Shown here: one piece after another, positions 47,755 through 58,927 of the stretch
How the letters are laid out: each line of letters starts with the position of its first letter
Position numbering within the stretch: position 1 is the stretch's first letter
From: Patescibacteria group bacterium
Lineage (GTDB): Bacteria > Patescibacteriota > Microgenomatia > Levybacterales > UBA12049
Length of the DNA: 64,000 nt
Direction of reading: 5' to 3'
Assembly (NCBI GenBank): GCA_038064195.1
Contig: JBBTTO010000002.1
Coordinates: forward strand, 333,356-397,355
The notes under the pieces: model-generated
What the model saw: only the letters and a program-made list of their open reading frames with translations
The model's database searches: none
Told to the model about the DNA's origin: nothing
Position numbers and translations under genes: made by a program

Positions 47755-48708
47755 ATGATAGATTTTCTGCACCATCTTTTTTTACCTCGTGAATCCAACA
47801 ATCACCGCGCTAAATTGCTTCATCACTCAAGCCTCCTAGTCCTTATCATCGGCCTTTTCATATTCGGTGCAGGATTCAGTTTTACCGCTTCGCATAACGA
47901 GGCCGTTTTGGGTATCAGCTACTCAATTACTCCTCATGAGCTTTTGATCCTGACTAATCAAAAAAGACAGGATGCGGGACTACCACCTCTTACGATGAAT
48001 GATGCCTTGACCCAAGCCGCTACTCGAAAAGCTCAGGATATGTTAACGAAAAATTATTGGGCACATATTGCCCCTGATGGTACAACTCCCTGGTATTTTA
48101 TTAAAAGTTCGGGTTACGAATATATTTATGCCGGCGAGAATTTGGCCAGAGGATTTTATTCAACAGGGGATGTCGTTAACGCCTGGATGGCCAGTCCGAG
48201 TCATCGGGAGAATGTGCTCTCCCCGAATTATAAAGATGTCGGTTTTTCGATCCAGGAAGGACCTTTGACAGGTGACGAGACGGTCCTGGTCGTCCAAGAA
48301 TTCGGAAGTACCCGTTCAACTACAACTGCAGTTCAAACGGAATCTGCTCCTCAGGTCACACCGGAGGTGCCACGTGTTACACCTGTTGTCGTTATTGCAG
48401 TTGACTTGCCTACTCCGACTCCCACAACTCTTCCTCCTCAATCACCTACACCGACTGTTGTTTCGGCTCCTATGTCACAATCACAAGTTGCTGCGTACAG
48501 GAATGATCCGCTCATCAATAAGCCGCAAGCTCAAAAAAGTATTGCACTCTTTATTATTTTAGGGCTTCTTTTCCTTCTCATACTTGATATTGTTATTACC
48601 AAGAAAAAGGGAATTACGAGAATACTTTCACATAATCTTGATCATGTTATTTTCTTTGGGATATTACTTATAATAATTATTCTGATTACTAAAGGAGGAG
48701 TTCTCTAA
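47755..48708 (+). CDS. CAP/SCP (PR-1-like) domain protein, membrane-anchored at both ends
   Basis: CAP motifs HY.Q..W...GCA and GENLARGFYSTGDVVNAWMASPSHRENVL. C-terminal TM segment. Confidence 0.7.
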   Translation: MIDFLHHLFLPRESNNHRAKLLHHSSLLVLIIGLFIFGAGFSFTASHNEAVLGISYSITPHELLILTNQKRQDAGLPPLTMNDALTQAATRKAQDMLTKNYWAHIAPDGTTPWYFIKSSGYEYIYAGENLARGFYSTGDVVNAWMASPSHRENVLSPNYKDVGFSIQEGPLTGDETVLVVQEFGSTRSTTTAVQTESAPQVTPEVPRVTPVVVIAVDLPTPTPTTLPPQSPTPTVVSAPMSQSQVAAYRNDPLINKPQAQKSIALFIILGLLFLLILDIVITKKKGITRILSHNLDHVIFFGILLIIIILITKGGVL

Positions 48709-48962
48709 TGATACGACCGGACAAGCATTATCTTTACTATCTGTTTCTTCTTGTTATGGAAGCTTTAATCGGCGCTTTGATAATCATGTCCCAGGGTGAC
48801 AGATATATGCAGCTAGTTTATGGACTTTTTGCAGCCATAATCTATGTTGTCTGGGGAATTATTCATCACCTGATTAATCATACATTGCACAAAAAAGTGG
48901 TGATAGAGTATCTCCTCATGGGAGCTGTCGGAGTAAGTGTACTCTACTTTTTTCTCCGTTAG
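48708..48962 (+). CDS. Hypothetical small two-TM membrane protein
   Basis: 84 aa, hydrophobic. Confidence 0.4.
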   Translation: MIRPDKHYLYYLFLLVMEALIGALIIMSQGDRYMQLVYGLFAAIIYVVWGIIHHLINHTLHKKVVIEYLLMGAVGVSVLYFFLR

Positions 48963-49594
48963 TCTTTAAGCCAGGGGAACTGTGAGAAATCTACTTCTGT
49001 CGAGAATTTTTCTTTAAGTGTCGGATAACCCATATCTTTTTCACTGACTATGGGGTCTTTAACAGGCCAACCACCGAATTGTCGTGTCAATAGGGGATCA
49101 TTAAAATTGACTGCAGGAGTTGGTTTGCCTTCATAATAGCCTGTAATCATATAGAGGTATTCAGCATCCTCTGTCCCAGTGTTACAAAACGAATTACCCA
49201 TGCCAAGAGGTAGATAAAGAGTGCGTCTTTTAGTATCTCCTAACTCAACTTTGACAGCTTTTCCAAAGGTTGGTGAGTCGGTTCGGAAATCGACTATGAC
49301 CGCCAGAACTTCCCCTTTAACCACATAGATGATTTTCTCCCAAGGTTCGGAGTGGAAGCCGCGGATGACTCGTGGCTTTGATCGGGAATGATTCCACTGA
49401 GTAATGGCAATTTTTTTATCGAGAACCTTTTCAAAATCACGAAGCTCAACAGCTTCATGAAAAAAACCGCGATTGTCTTCAATAGTCGGACGTTCTGATA
49501 TAAGAAGCCCGGGAATATCGGTTGCATGAATATGCTCCGGCCACTCAGAATTTGAGGGGGAAAAGCCTGTGCCAAATGCCGTTTTATTCACCAT
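48959..49594 (-). CDS. rmlC: dTDP-4-dehydrorhamnose 3,5-epimerase
   Basis: Cupin RmlC motifs DNRGFFHE...RGFH....EK.IYVVKG. Start trimmed to Met15. Confidence 0.85.
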   Translation of the reverse strand: MVNKTAFGTGFSPSNSEWPEHIHATDIPGLLISERPTIEDNRGFFHEAVELRDFEKVLDKKIAITQWNHSRSKPRVIRGFHSEPWEKIIYVVKGEVLAVIVDFRTDSPTFGKAVKVELGDTKRRTLYLPLGMGNSFCNTGTEDAEYLYMITGYYEGKPTPAVNFNDPLLTRQFGGWPVKDPIVSEKDMGYPTLKEKFSTEVDFSQFPWLKD

Positions 49595-49667
49595 AACAGC
49601 ATCACTATAGCAAATTATTATTGAGTTGACAAACAATCCTATGTCACCTAAGATAGAAAAAGTTTGT

Positions 49668-50690
49668 ATGAAATTACTCGTTACCGGTGGTGCAGGTTTT
49701 ATCGGTTCGCACTTTATTAATTACTGGATGCTCCACCACCCGGATGATCAAGTTATTAATCTTGATACGTTAACCTACGCCGGAAATTTAGAAAACCTCA
49801 AAAACGTTCAACATAACCCCAACTATCGTTTTGTTAAAGGGGATATCACTGATATGGCTCTCGTTGAGGCGATGATGAAAGGTGTTGATATCGTCGTCCA
49901 TTTTGCAGCTGAGACACATGTCGATCGCTCAATCATGGATCCCTGGCCTTTTATCCAATCAAATTTGGTGGGTACGTATACACTGCTTGAGGTGGCTAAG
50001 AAAAATAAGGTGAAGAGGTTCCATCATATTTCAACTGATGAGGTGTTTGGGACGCTTGAGATTGGTAAAGATCAAAAGTTTGATGAAGAAACGAAATACG
50101 ACCCCCGCAGTCCGTATTCAGCAACGAAAGCAGGATCTGACCACCTTGTGAGGTCATATTACTATACCTATGATCTGCCAATAACTATCAGTAACTGTTC
50201 CAATAATTTCGGTCCCGCGATGTACCCTGAAAAGCTTATCCCACTAGCTATAACTAATATCATTGAACATAAAAAAGTACCAGTACACGGGGACGGGAAA
50301 AATGAAAGGGACTGGCTTTTTGTGGAAGATCATATCACAGCAATTGAACGAATCCTGGAGAAGGGTAAGATAGGTGAGACGTATCTGGTCGGAGGACTTG
50401 TCAAAGGCATGTCAAACTTGGAGACAGTGCAAAAAATTATTACTCTGATGGGTGAGAGTCAGGATCTGATTCAGTTAGTTAAAGATCGGCCGGGTAATGA
50501 TCGAAAATATGATATAAACTGGCAAAAAATCCATCGTGAGCTCGGTTGGCAGCCAAAGTACACCATGGATGAAGCCTTGAAGATTACTATAGAGTGGTAT
50601 CAGAATAATCAGGATTGGTGGCGAAAAATTAAATCCGGAGAATTTAAGGATTATTATGACAAACAATTCGGCGATCAAGGGCTCATCTAA
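49668..50690 (+). CDS. rmlB: dTDP-glucose 4,6-dehydratase
   Basis: MKLLVTGGAGFIGS Rossmann fold and YSATKAGSD. The ORF-track start at 49626 overlaps rmlC and is rejected. Confidence 0.9.
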   Translation: MKLLVTGGAGFIGSHFINYWMLHHPDDQVINLDTLTYAGNLENLKNVQHNPNYRFVKGDITDMALVEAMMKGVDIVVHFAAETHVDRSIMDPWPFIQSNLVGTYTLLEVAKKNKVKRFHHISTDEVFGTLEIGKDQKFDEETKYDPRSPYSATKAGSDHLVRSYYYTYDLPITISNCSNNFGPAMYPEKLIPLAITNIIEHKKVPVHGDGKNERDWLFVEDHITAIERILEKGKIGETYLVGGLVKGMSNLETVQKIITLMGESQDLIQLVKDRPGNDRKYDINWQKIHRELGWQPKYTMDEALKITIEWYQNNQDWWRKIKSGEFKDYYDKQFGDQGLI

Positions 50691-50702
50691 TATCTCCATC
50701 TT

Positions 50703-51584
50703 ATGAAAATCTTTGGAACAGGGTTATCAGGCTTACTCGGTACACGCATTGTAGAACTTCTCCAGGCAACGCATGCATTTTCAGATAATAGTAGGGCGAA
50801 CGGGGTTGATATCACAGACAGTGAGCAAATACGCAAAGCAATAAACAGCTCGGATGCAGAAGTCGTCCTCCATTTGGCAGCTTACACCAACGTTAAAGCA
50901 GCAGAGCTGGAGCGCGATTTAGGTGAGCAAAGTGAATCATGGAAAATCAACGTGATCGGGACCGAAAATGTTGCTCGAGCCTGTAAAGAAGCGGGCAAGA
51001 AGCTTATTTTTACATCCAGCGATATGGTCTTTGATGGGGAAAATACACCAGAGGGCGGGTATACAGAGGAGGCAAAGCCTCACCCGCTGAGTTGGTATGC
51101 TAAGACCAAATATGAAGGGGAATTGCGTGTCCAGGCCCTTACTACTCCCTGGATTATTATACGTCCTGCCTACCCTTATAGAGCCCGATTTGAAAAAAAT
51201 GATTTCGTCAGGCTTTTTATGCAGAAACTGTCTCAGGGCGAGCAACTGACCGTACTTACCGACCGTATTATTACCCCTGTCTTTATTGACGATCTGGCTC
51301 CTGCTTTGGATGCACTTTTAATGCAAAATGCAGAGGGCATTTATCATACTGTCGGGAGTACCCAACTTAGTATTTTTGAGGCAGCTGAGCAGATCGCTGA
51401 GTGTTTTAACTACGACAAAAAATTAATCGGTCAGACAACGCGAGCCGAATTCCTGGTAGGACGTCCACCTGAGCCCTTTAATTCGGCGCTTAATAATGCT
51501 AAAATTAAGCGACTTGGCGTTGAGATGAGAACTTTTCGAGAAGGGCTTGAAGAAATTAAAAAACAACAGGCGACTGTAAATTAA
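50703..51584 (+). CDS. rmlD: dTDP-4-dehydrorhamnose reductase
   Basis: RmlD-like SDR layout with YAKTK. Confidence 0.75.
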   Translation: MKIFGTGLSGLLGTRIVELLQATHAFSDNSRANGVDITDSEQIRKAINSSDAEVVLHLAAYTNVKAAELERDLGEQSESWKINVIGTENVARACKEAGKKLIFTSSDMVFDGENTPEGGYTEEAKPHPLSWYAKTKYEGELRVQALTTPWIIIRPAYPYRARFEKNDFVRLFMQKLSQGEQLTVLTDRIITPVFIDDLAPALDALLMQNAEGIYHTVGSTQLSIFEAAEQIAECFNYDKKLIGQTTRAEFLVGRPPEPFNSALNNAKIKRLGVEMRTFREGLEEIKKQQATVN

Positions 51585-51595
51585 TTTTTTAAACT

Positions 51596-52894
51596 ATGAC
51601 GATAACATTTGTGGGACATGGGTATGTAGGCCTCGTTAGCGCGGCAGTTTTTGCGGATCTTGGGAATACCGTCTGGGTCATAGGGCATACGGCAGAAAAA
51701 ATTGAGAATCTTAAGAAGGGTATTATCCCCATCTATGAACCCGGGCTTGAGGAATTGGTCAAACGAAATGTCGATGCGGGCAGGCTTCTTTTTACGCTTG
51801 ATTATGCTCCCGGAGTAGCTGCATCGGATGTCATCTTCATCGCAGTCGGAACTCCTCCGAAAAAAACAGGAGAGGCGGATTTATCAGTAGTCTACGACGT
51901 GGCAAAAAAAATTGGGCAACATCTAGATGGATATAGCGTGGTCATTACAAAGAGTACTGTTCCTATCGGTACCAATCGTGAAATCCAAAGAATTGTTAAT
52001 AAGGCAAAACCCCTCAAAGCTGAATTTGATATAGCATCAGTCCCTGAATTTCTGCGCGAGGGTCAGGCAATTGGAGATACACAACATCCAGATCGCGTAG
52101 TGATAGGCACAGATTCTGATAAAGCTCGGGATTTGCTTGTCGAGCTCCATAAGCCTTTAGACGGTGAGCGTGTCCTCACGACTATTGAGACTGCTGAAAT
52201 GATTAAATACGCTGCTAACTCTTTCCTGGCAACAAAAATTTCTTTCGCTAATGCAATTGCGCAGCTTTCAGAAGAATTAGGAGCAATAGGCCCTAAGGTG
52301 CTTGAGGGTATTGGTCTTGATAAAAGGATCGGCAAGGCATTCCTGAATGCGGGCGTTGGATATGGTGGAAGTTGCTTTCCTAAAGACGTGAAAGCTCTTA
52401 TCGCAATTGCCAATCAAAATAACTATGATTTCTCACTTCTTAAGGAAGTTGAGGCAATTAATCATTTTTCTATGGTGAGGACAGTCCATAAAGCCAAGAA
52501 AATGCTAGGTGATCTTAGTGGTAAAACAATTGCCGTCCTCGGCCTGGCGTTCAAACCTGACACTGATGACATGCGTGATGCTCCGTCCCTGGTGATTATT
52601 CCTAAGCTTATCGAAGCAGGCGCTAAAGTTAAAACATTTGATCCGATTGCGCTTGAGAACGCAAAACGCCTGTTAAAAGACTGTGACGGGATCACATTTA
52701 CGAAAGATCCGTATGAAGCAATTAAAGACGCGGATTTGCTGCTTCTAGTTACTGAGTGGAATGAATTTAAGGAGCTTGATTTAGAAAAGGCCATTTCTCT
52801 TATGAAGCAGAAGTTCTTAATTGACGGACGTAATGTTTATGACCCTGAGGAAATGAAAAAATTGGGTTTTACCTACCAAGGTGTCGGGCAATGA
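51596..52894 (+). CDS. ugd: UDP-glucose 6-dehydrogenase (nucleotide-sugar dehydrogenase family)
   Basis: N-terminal GHGYVGL Rossmann fold, catalytic GGSCFPKD, and a C-terminal UDP-binding domain. Confidence 0.85.
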   Translation: MTITFVGHGYVGLVSAAVFADLGNTVWVIGHTAEKIENLKKGIIPIYEPGLEELVKRNVDAGRLLFTLDYAPGVAASDVIFIAVGTPPKKTGEADLSVVYDVAKKIGQHLDGYSVVITKSTVPIGTNREIQRIVNKAKPLKAEFDIASVPEFLREGQAIGDTQHPDRVVIGTDSDKARDLLVELHKPLDGERVLTTIETAEMIKYAANSFLATKISFANAIAQLSEELGAIGPKVLEGIGLDKRIGKAFLNAGVGYGGSCFPKDVKALIAIANQNNYDFSLLKEVEAINHFSMVRTVHKAKKMLGDLSGKTIAVLGLAFKPDTDDMRDAPSLVIIPKLIEAGAKVKTFDPIALENAKRLLKDCDGITFTKDPYEAIKDADLLLLVTEWNEFKELDLEKAISLMKQKFLIDGRNVYDPEEMKKLGFTYQGVGQ

Positions 52895-53850
52895 AAAAGA
52901 TTTTAATAACCGGCATGACGGGGTTTGCCGGTCAATACCTCACAGAATTACTCCTTAAGGGTACGGACGTAGAAATTCACGGAACATACCACTCTGAAGA
53001 GGGGAGAGTGAGGCTCGGGGATCTGCTAGAGAAAGTCACGCTCCACCAGGCCGATTTAACCGTTAAGGAAGAAGTAGAAAAAGTAGTGAGTGCTGTCACT
53101 CCCGATGAGGTCTACCACTTAGCAGCCCAGACTTCGCCAAGCGAGAGTATGAAAGATCCGGCCGCGACTTTGATGACTAACACTTTGGCTGAATTATATC
53201 TTTTTGAAGCGCTGAAAAATCAAAATAAGCCGGAGACGAGGGTGCTGGCTGTAGCCTCGGCTGAGGTATATGGAGCTATAGATCCTAAGGATTTACCAAT
53301 AGATGAGGATACTCCCCTCCGTCCGACAACACCCTACGCGGTCTCAAAGATCACTCAGGATTACCTGGCTCTTCAGTATTTCCTCAGTCATAAAATGAAC
53401 ATTATCAGAGCCCGACCTTTTAATCATATGGGACCGCGTCAACAACAGAGATTCGTTTTACCCATGTTTGCCAAACAAGTCGCTGAGATTGATAAAGGTC
53501 TTAACGATCCCGTTATGAAGGTCGGGAATCTCAAAGCACGAAAAGATTTTACTGATGTACGGGATATCGTCAGGGCCTACGTGTTGCTTATGGAAAAAGG
53601 TGAGGCGGGGGAAGTCTATAACATCGGCTCGGGGAAGTCGGTTGCGATACAGGAGATGCTGGATATTTTACTTGGTATGACTGATAAAAAAATAAGCGTT
53701 GAAATAGACCAGGCGCTTTTCCGCCCTCTTGATACACCGGATGTGATTTGTGACTACAGCAAGCTTCGGGAACTGACCGGGTGGGAGCCTGAAATCAGCC
53801 TTGAAACAACATTGAGCGACACGCTTGAGTATTTTAAAAAAGTTGTATAG
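52891..53850 (+). CDS. NAD-dependent epimerase/dehydratase, GDP-4-dehydro-6-deoxy-D-mannose reductase (Rmd)-like
   Basis: SDR with TGxxGFxG and YAVSK. Directly precedes gmd. Confidence 0.7.
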   Translation: MKKILITGMTGFAGQYLTELLLKGTDVEIHGTYHSEEGRVRLGDLLEKVTLHQADLTVKEEVEKVVSAVTPDEVYHLAAQTSPSESMKDPAATLMTNTLAELYLFEALKNQNKPETRVLAVASAEVYGAIDPKDLPIDEDTPLRPTTPYAVSKITQDYLALQYFLSHKMNIIRARPFNHMGPRQQQRFVLPMFAKQVAEIDKGLNDPVMKVGNLKARKDFTDVRDIVRAYVLLMEKGEAGEVYNIGSGKSVAIQEMLDILLGMTDKKISVEIDQALFRPLDTPDVICDYSKLRELTGWEPEISLETTLSDTLEYFKKVV

Positions 53851-53860
53851 AATAGGTTGA

Positions 53861-54847
<987 letters not shown>

Positions 54848-54902
54848 TTTGAACGAATTATCTCTGCTAGTGGGACGTCCTTTTTCTTGATACAATAATT
54901 TT

Positions 54903-55856
54903 ATGCAGACAATACTTGTAGCCGGAGGAGCCGGATTTATCGGATCACATTTATGTGAGAGCCTTCTTAAGGATGGGCATAAAGTAATTTGTGTAGATAA
55001 CCTTTTAACCGGCTCACGATCTAATATCGAGCACTTACTTGATAATCCCTTATTTTCATTTGTAAATCATAATGTCATTAGAGCCCTTCCCGATACAGAA
55101 CATATTGATGCGATTTTTCATTTGGCGTCTCCTGCATCCCCGAATCATCATAGTAAATTAAGTTACCACGCTCTGCCCATGGAGACAATGCTGGTGAATA
55201 CGCAAGGCACGCTCGAGCTGTTAAAAGTTGCCGAGAAAAATCAAGCTAAATTTCTTTTTGCTTCAACGTCTGAGGCATATGGAGATCCCTTAGAGCATCC
55301 TCAAACAGAGGAATATCGGGGTAATGTCTCTCCAATTGGCCCCAGAGCGGTGTATGATGAGGCTAAGCGATTCGGTGAAACAATCACGAGTTATTTTTGG
55401 CGTGAACGTCAGGTTGACGCGCGCATTGTCCGAATTTTTAATACATACGGACCCCGGTTATCAAAATCCGATATGCGGATGATCAGTGTCTTTATTATAC
55501 AGGCGTTTGGTGATAAGCCGATTACTATATTTGGTGACGGCACGCAGACCAGATCGTTATGCTATGTGGATGATTTGGTAGAAGGACTGGAGAGACTAAT
55601 GTTTTCAGCAAATACCAGAGGACAGGTTGTAAATCTGGGTTCTACAGAAGAACATACGGTTATAGAATATGCTACGATGGTAAAAGAACTGACTGGCTCA
55701 AAAAGTGAGATTGTCCATACGGAAGACCTACCTGAGGATGATCCGGTAAAAAGGCGTCCTGATATAAACAAAGCAAAAATGTTGCTTGATTGGGAACCGA
55801 AAGTAGGTCTTAAAGAAGGACTCCTGAAAATGATAGAGGACTATAAAAGTGTTTAA
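54903..55856 (+). CDS. uxs: UDP-glucuronate decarboxylase (UDP-xylose synthase)
   Basis: Strong similarity pattern to UXS1: GGAGFIGSHL..VDN..TG...N.EH....F....HDV, ASTSEAYGDP..HPQ.E.Y.G.V.PIGPRA.YDE.KR, RIFNTYGPR. Confidence 0.88.
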   Translation: MQTILVAGGAGFIGSHLCESLLKDGHKVICVDNLLTGSRSNIEHLLDNPLFSFVNHNVIRALPDTEHIDAIFHLASPASPNHHSKLSYHALPMETMLVNTQGTLELLKVAEKNQAKFLFASTSEAYGDPLEHPQTEEYRGNVSPIGPRAVYDEAKRFGETITSYFWRERQVDARIVRIFNTYGPRLSKSDMRMISVFIIQAFGDKPITIFGDGTQTRSLCYVDDLVEGLERLMFSANTRGQVVNLGSTEEHTVIEYATMVKELTGSKSEIVHTEDLPEDDPVKRRPDINKAKMLLDWEPKVGLKEGLLKMIEDYKSV

Positions 55857-55864
55857 TAATTAGC

Positions 55865-56980
55865 ATGAAAATTGTTGTTATCATTCCCACCTATAACGAA
55901 AAAGCCAATATGGAGAAAATGATCCCGGTACTTGAGGGTGAAGTTTTCCCGAAGATTAAAGGCCATGAAATGGAAATACTTGTAGCAGATGACGGTTCGC
56001 CTGACGGGACAAGAGATGTCATCGAAGTGTATATGAAAAAATATAAAAATCTCCATCTCATCGAAGGGAAAAAAGAGGGACTTGGTGCTGCGTACGCCCG
56101 TGCCATGAAGAATTCGATGGAAGAGCTGGGTGCTGAAGCAGTCATCGAATTTGACGCGGATTTTCAACATGATCCGCATGATATCCCAAAACTCATTGCG
56201 GCGATGGATGAAGGCTATGACTATGTCATCGGAAGTCGCTATATCAAAGGAGGCCAAATACCCAAAGAATGGGGGATGGATCGGAAAATGTTGAGTATCT
56301 TCGGTTCACTTTTTACGCGAATTGTCTGGCTTACATTCAGCATTCATGACATGACCTCAGGCTTTAAATTAACAAAGACATCATATTTAAAGCAGATTGA
56401 TTTGGATAATCTTCTATCACAGGACTTTGCTTATAAAATGCATATTTTACATGATGTCGTAAAGCTCGGTGCTAAAGTAAAAGAAGTCCCGATTATTTTT
56501 TATGAAAGAACAGAAGGGGCAAGCAAAATAAATAAGAAGGATCAACTGGATTCGCTGTATGTGGTCTTGAGATTACGTGCCCGGGACTCTGAGAAATTCC
56601 TGAAATTTTTGGTTGTCGGAGGTTTCGGATTTCTGATTAATGCGATTATCTTAAGGCTCCTGGTCGACGGCGCGCACTGGAATCCGTCTTTGGCCAATTT
56701 AGTCGGTGCCGTAGCTGCAATATTCTCTAACTATAATTTCAATAATCTCTGGACTTTTAATACCAATAGAGCAAAAACAGTCGGTCAATACATAATAAAA
56801 TTACTTCAGTTCTATACAACTTCAGCCATTGGCGTAATTTTTATTCAGACAGGGACTATTTTTGTCGGCGACAGCCTCATCGGCAGGCAATTCTACTTTG
56901 AATATTTTCTCTTTGGAACATTTCTCCTCTTGATATGGAACTTTACTATTTATAACAAAATTATCTGGAAGAAAAAATAG
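55865..56980 (+). CDS. GT2 polyprenyl-phosphate glycosyltransferase (Dpm1/ArnC-like) fused to a C-terminal GtrA-like 4-TM domain
   Basis: IIPTYNE...DDGSPDGT...DADFQHDP GT-A motifs plus a GtrA-like TM tail. Confidence 0.85.
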   Translation: MKIVVIIPTYNEKANMEKMIPVLEGEVFPKIKGHEMEILVADDGSPDGTRDVIEVYMKKYKNLHLIEGKKEGLGAAYARAMKNSMEELGAEAVIEFDADFQHDPHDIPKLIAAMDEGYDYVIGSRYIKGGQIPKEWGMDRKMLSIFGSLFTRIVWLTFSIHDMTSGFKLTKTSYLKQIDLDNLLSQDFAYKMHILHDVVKLGAKVKEVPIIFYERTEGASKINKKDQLDSLYVVLRLRARDSEKFLKFLVVGGFGFLINAIILRLLVDGAHWNPSLANLVGAVAAIFSNYNFNNLWTFNTNRAKTVGQYIIKLLQFYTTSAIGVIFIQTGTIFVGDSLIGRQFYFEYFLFGTFLLLIWNFTIYNKIIWKKK

Positions 56981-56995
56981 TTCCCTCTGGCTGGT

Positions 56996-58549
56996 ATGGC
57001 ATTAAACATCAGATCATTTTTAGGAAAAAAAGAAAATCTTATCCTCTTGGGTATACTTGTTTTGGCTGCATTCCTGAGGCTTTACAGGATTGCAGATTAT
57101 ATGACATTCCTTGGAGACGAGGGACGAGACGTGCTGACGGTAAAGCATATTTTGGACGGACAATTTACCCTTCTTGGCCCCAGGTCATCTGCTGCAGATT
57201 TTTATTACGGACCGATCTATTTTTATATGATCGCACCATTTCTTTTTCTTTTTCACTATGACCCGGTCGGACCGGCAGTCTTTATCGGCATCCTCGGAGT
57301 CATAACCGTATTTCTCCTGTATAAAATAGGCAAAGAGTTTTTCGGCTCCATAGCCGGGTTGGTGGCGGCCGCTTTGTATGCCATATCGCCTGTCATCATT
57401 ACGTATTCCCACTCATCATGGAATCCTAATCCACTTCCCTTTGTGTCACTTTTGATGCTCTATACACTCTATCACGGTCTGAAAAAACCACACTGGTCGC
57501 GATTTGGCTTGGTAGGCTTTCTTTTAGGTATTGCCCTCCAACTGCAGTATATAGCGCTTTTTCTGGTAATAATTGTCGGGGTCTATACGACTATCGGGAC
57601 TTTTTTGGAAGAGAAGAAAGGTGCTTTTCTAAAGCTGTTAAAACGATTCAGTGCAGTGGCGGCAGGTTTTCTCGTCGGTTTTTCGCCCTTTTTGGCATTT
57701 GAATTTCATCATGGCTTCCCCAATACTAAGACGATCATCAATTTTATGCTTGGTAAGTATACGCCAGTTGATGCCCCTCCTGTCTCAGCCCTCGGACAGG
57801 TCATCGAAGTATTTTTCAAACTGTTCGGTAGACTTATTACCCGCTTTCCCGAAGAAAATAGTATTCATATCTTTGAAAAGCCGGACCTGATGATATGGTA
57901 TATTTCGACGCTGGTATTGGGGCTTACCACCTCCATTCTCCTCTTTAAAATTAAAGACAGACTTGTCAAAATCCTCTTCCTTTGCTGGTTAATCTTAGGT
58001 GTGGGACTGTTCTTCCTCTATAAAAAAGAAATTTTTGATTATTACCTGGGATTTATGTTCCCGTTGCCGTTTCTTATTATCGGGAATAGCGTCGGTCTGT
58101 TAATTCGTGATAAAAAAGATTCTCTGCTCAGAACAGTGAGCATAGCTATTATTATCTGTCTGATATTTATGAATCTGGGAGGGTGGCCTTTCCGCAATCC
58201 GGCCAACAGACAAAAACTGCAGGCCCAGACAATTGCCGAGTTTGTTTTGCAAAAAGCAGAGGGGAAGCCGTTTAATTTCGCTCTCATAACTCCGGGTAAT
58301 TCAGATCATGCGTATCGTTATTTCTTTGAAGTAGAGGGTAATCCGCCGGTGACTATTCAAAACCCAGCTATCGATCCGGAGCGAAAAACCGTCACAGGGC
58401 AACTCCTCGTTGTCTGCGAAGAAGTAAACTGTCATCCTTTGGGTCATCCGCTTTTTGAGGTGGCGTCTTTCGGGCAGGCCGATATAGTCGGGGAGTGGAA
58501 TGTCTCTGTAGTTAAGGTTTTTAAATTGATCCCCTATAAAGGACACTAG
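56996..58549 (+). CDS. GT-C fold glycosyltransferase (ArnT/PMT, GT39/GT83-like)
   Basis: Polytopic membrane protein with a periplasmic DE-containing first loop (FLGDEGRD) typical of polyprenyl-P-sugar-dependent GT-C enzymes. Confidence 0.75.
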   Translation: MALNIRSFLGKKENLILLGILVLAAFLRLYRIADYMTFLGDEGRDVLTVKHILDGQFTLLGPRSSAADFYYGPIYFYMIAPFLFLFHYDPVGPAVFIGILGVITVFLLYKIGKEFFGSIAGLVAAALYAISPVIITYSHSSWNPNPLPFVSLLMLYTLYHGLKKPHWSRFGLVGFLLGIALQLQYIALFLVIIVGVYTTIGTFLEEKKGAFLKLLKRFSAVAAGFLVGFSPFLAFEFHHGFPNTKTIINFMLGKYTPVDAPPVSALGQVIEVFFKLFGRLITRFPEENSIHIFEKPDLMIWYISTLVLGLTTSILLFKIKDRLVKILFLCWLILGVGLFFLYKKEIFDYYLGFMFPLPFLIIGNSVGLLIRDKKDSLLRTVSIAIIICLIFMNLGGWPFRNPANRQKLQAQTIAEFVLQKAEGKPFNFALITPGNSDHAYRYFFEVEGNPPVTIQNPAIDPERKTVTGQLLVVCEEVNCHPLGHPLFEVASFGQADIVGEWNVSVVKVFKLIPYKGH

Positions 58550-58626
58550 CCCCGAGTTGCTTTTAGAGGGGAGTCGGGATGAGAGTTGTCACAACTCGGG
58601 TATAAAGATCCTATTGTGAATAGACT

Positions 58627-58857
58627 ATGAAAATACCGTTTTTTCCACCTAAGACCATTGAAAAAATGCGAATGCTTGGCATATCAGAATCGCAAATTGT
58701 GGATGTTTTTAATACCGGTGATTACAAGACAAGTGAAAACGGGAGTAAAATGGCGATCAAAAAAGTAGGTAATCTTGAATTAGGTTGTTTCTATGATCAA
58801 AATAGCAGAACCGGTGAATATATCATAACTGGTGTTTGGAAGAGAGACAGATTTTAA
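58627..58857 (+). CDS. Small DUF4258-like protein (putative toxin-fold), 76 aa
   Basis: Pattern ...EKMRMLGISESQIVDVF...G...KK.GNLEL.C.YD......YIITG resembles DUF4258. No partner gene is apparent. Confidence 0.45.
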   Translation: MKIPFFPPKTIEKMRMLGISESQIVDVFNTGDYKTSENGSKMAIKKVGNLELGCFYDQNSRTGEYIITGVWKRDRF

Positions 58858-58873
58858 ATTTGATTTTGGATAT

Positions 58874-58915
58874 TAGATCGTAGATCTTGGAAGTTAGGTC
58901 TAGGATTTAGATTTA
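58874..58915 (+). repeat. Degenerate heptamer tandem repeat (TAGATCG TAGATCT TGGAAGT TAGGTCT AGGATTT AGATTTA) 13 nt before the yjjX start
   Basis: 7-nt periodicity read directly. Confidence 0.4.
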
Positions 58916-58927
58916 TTTATTAATACT

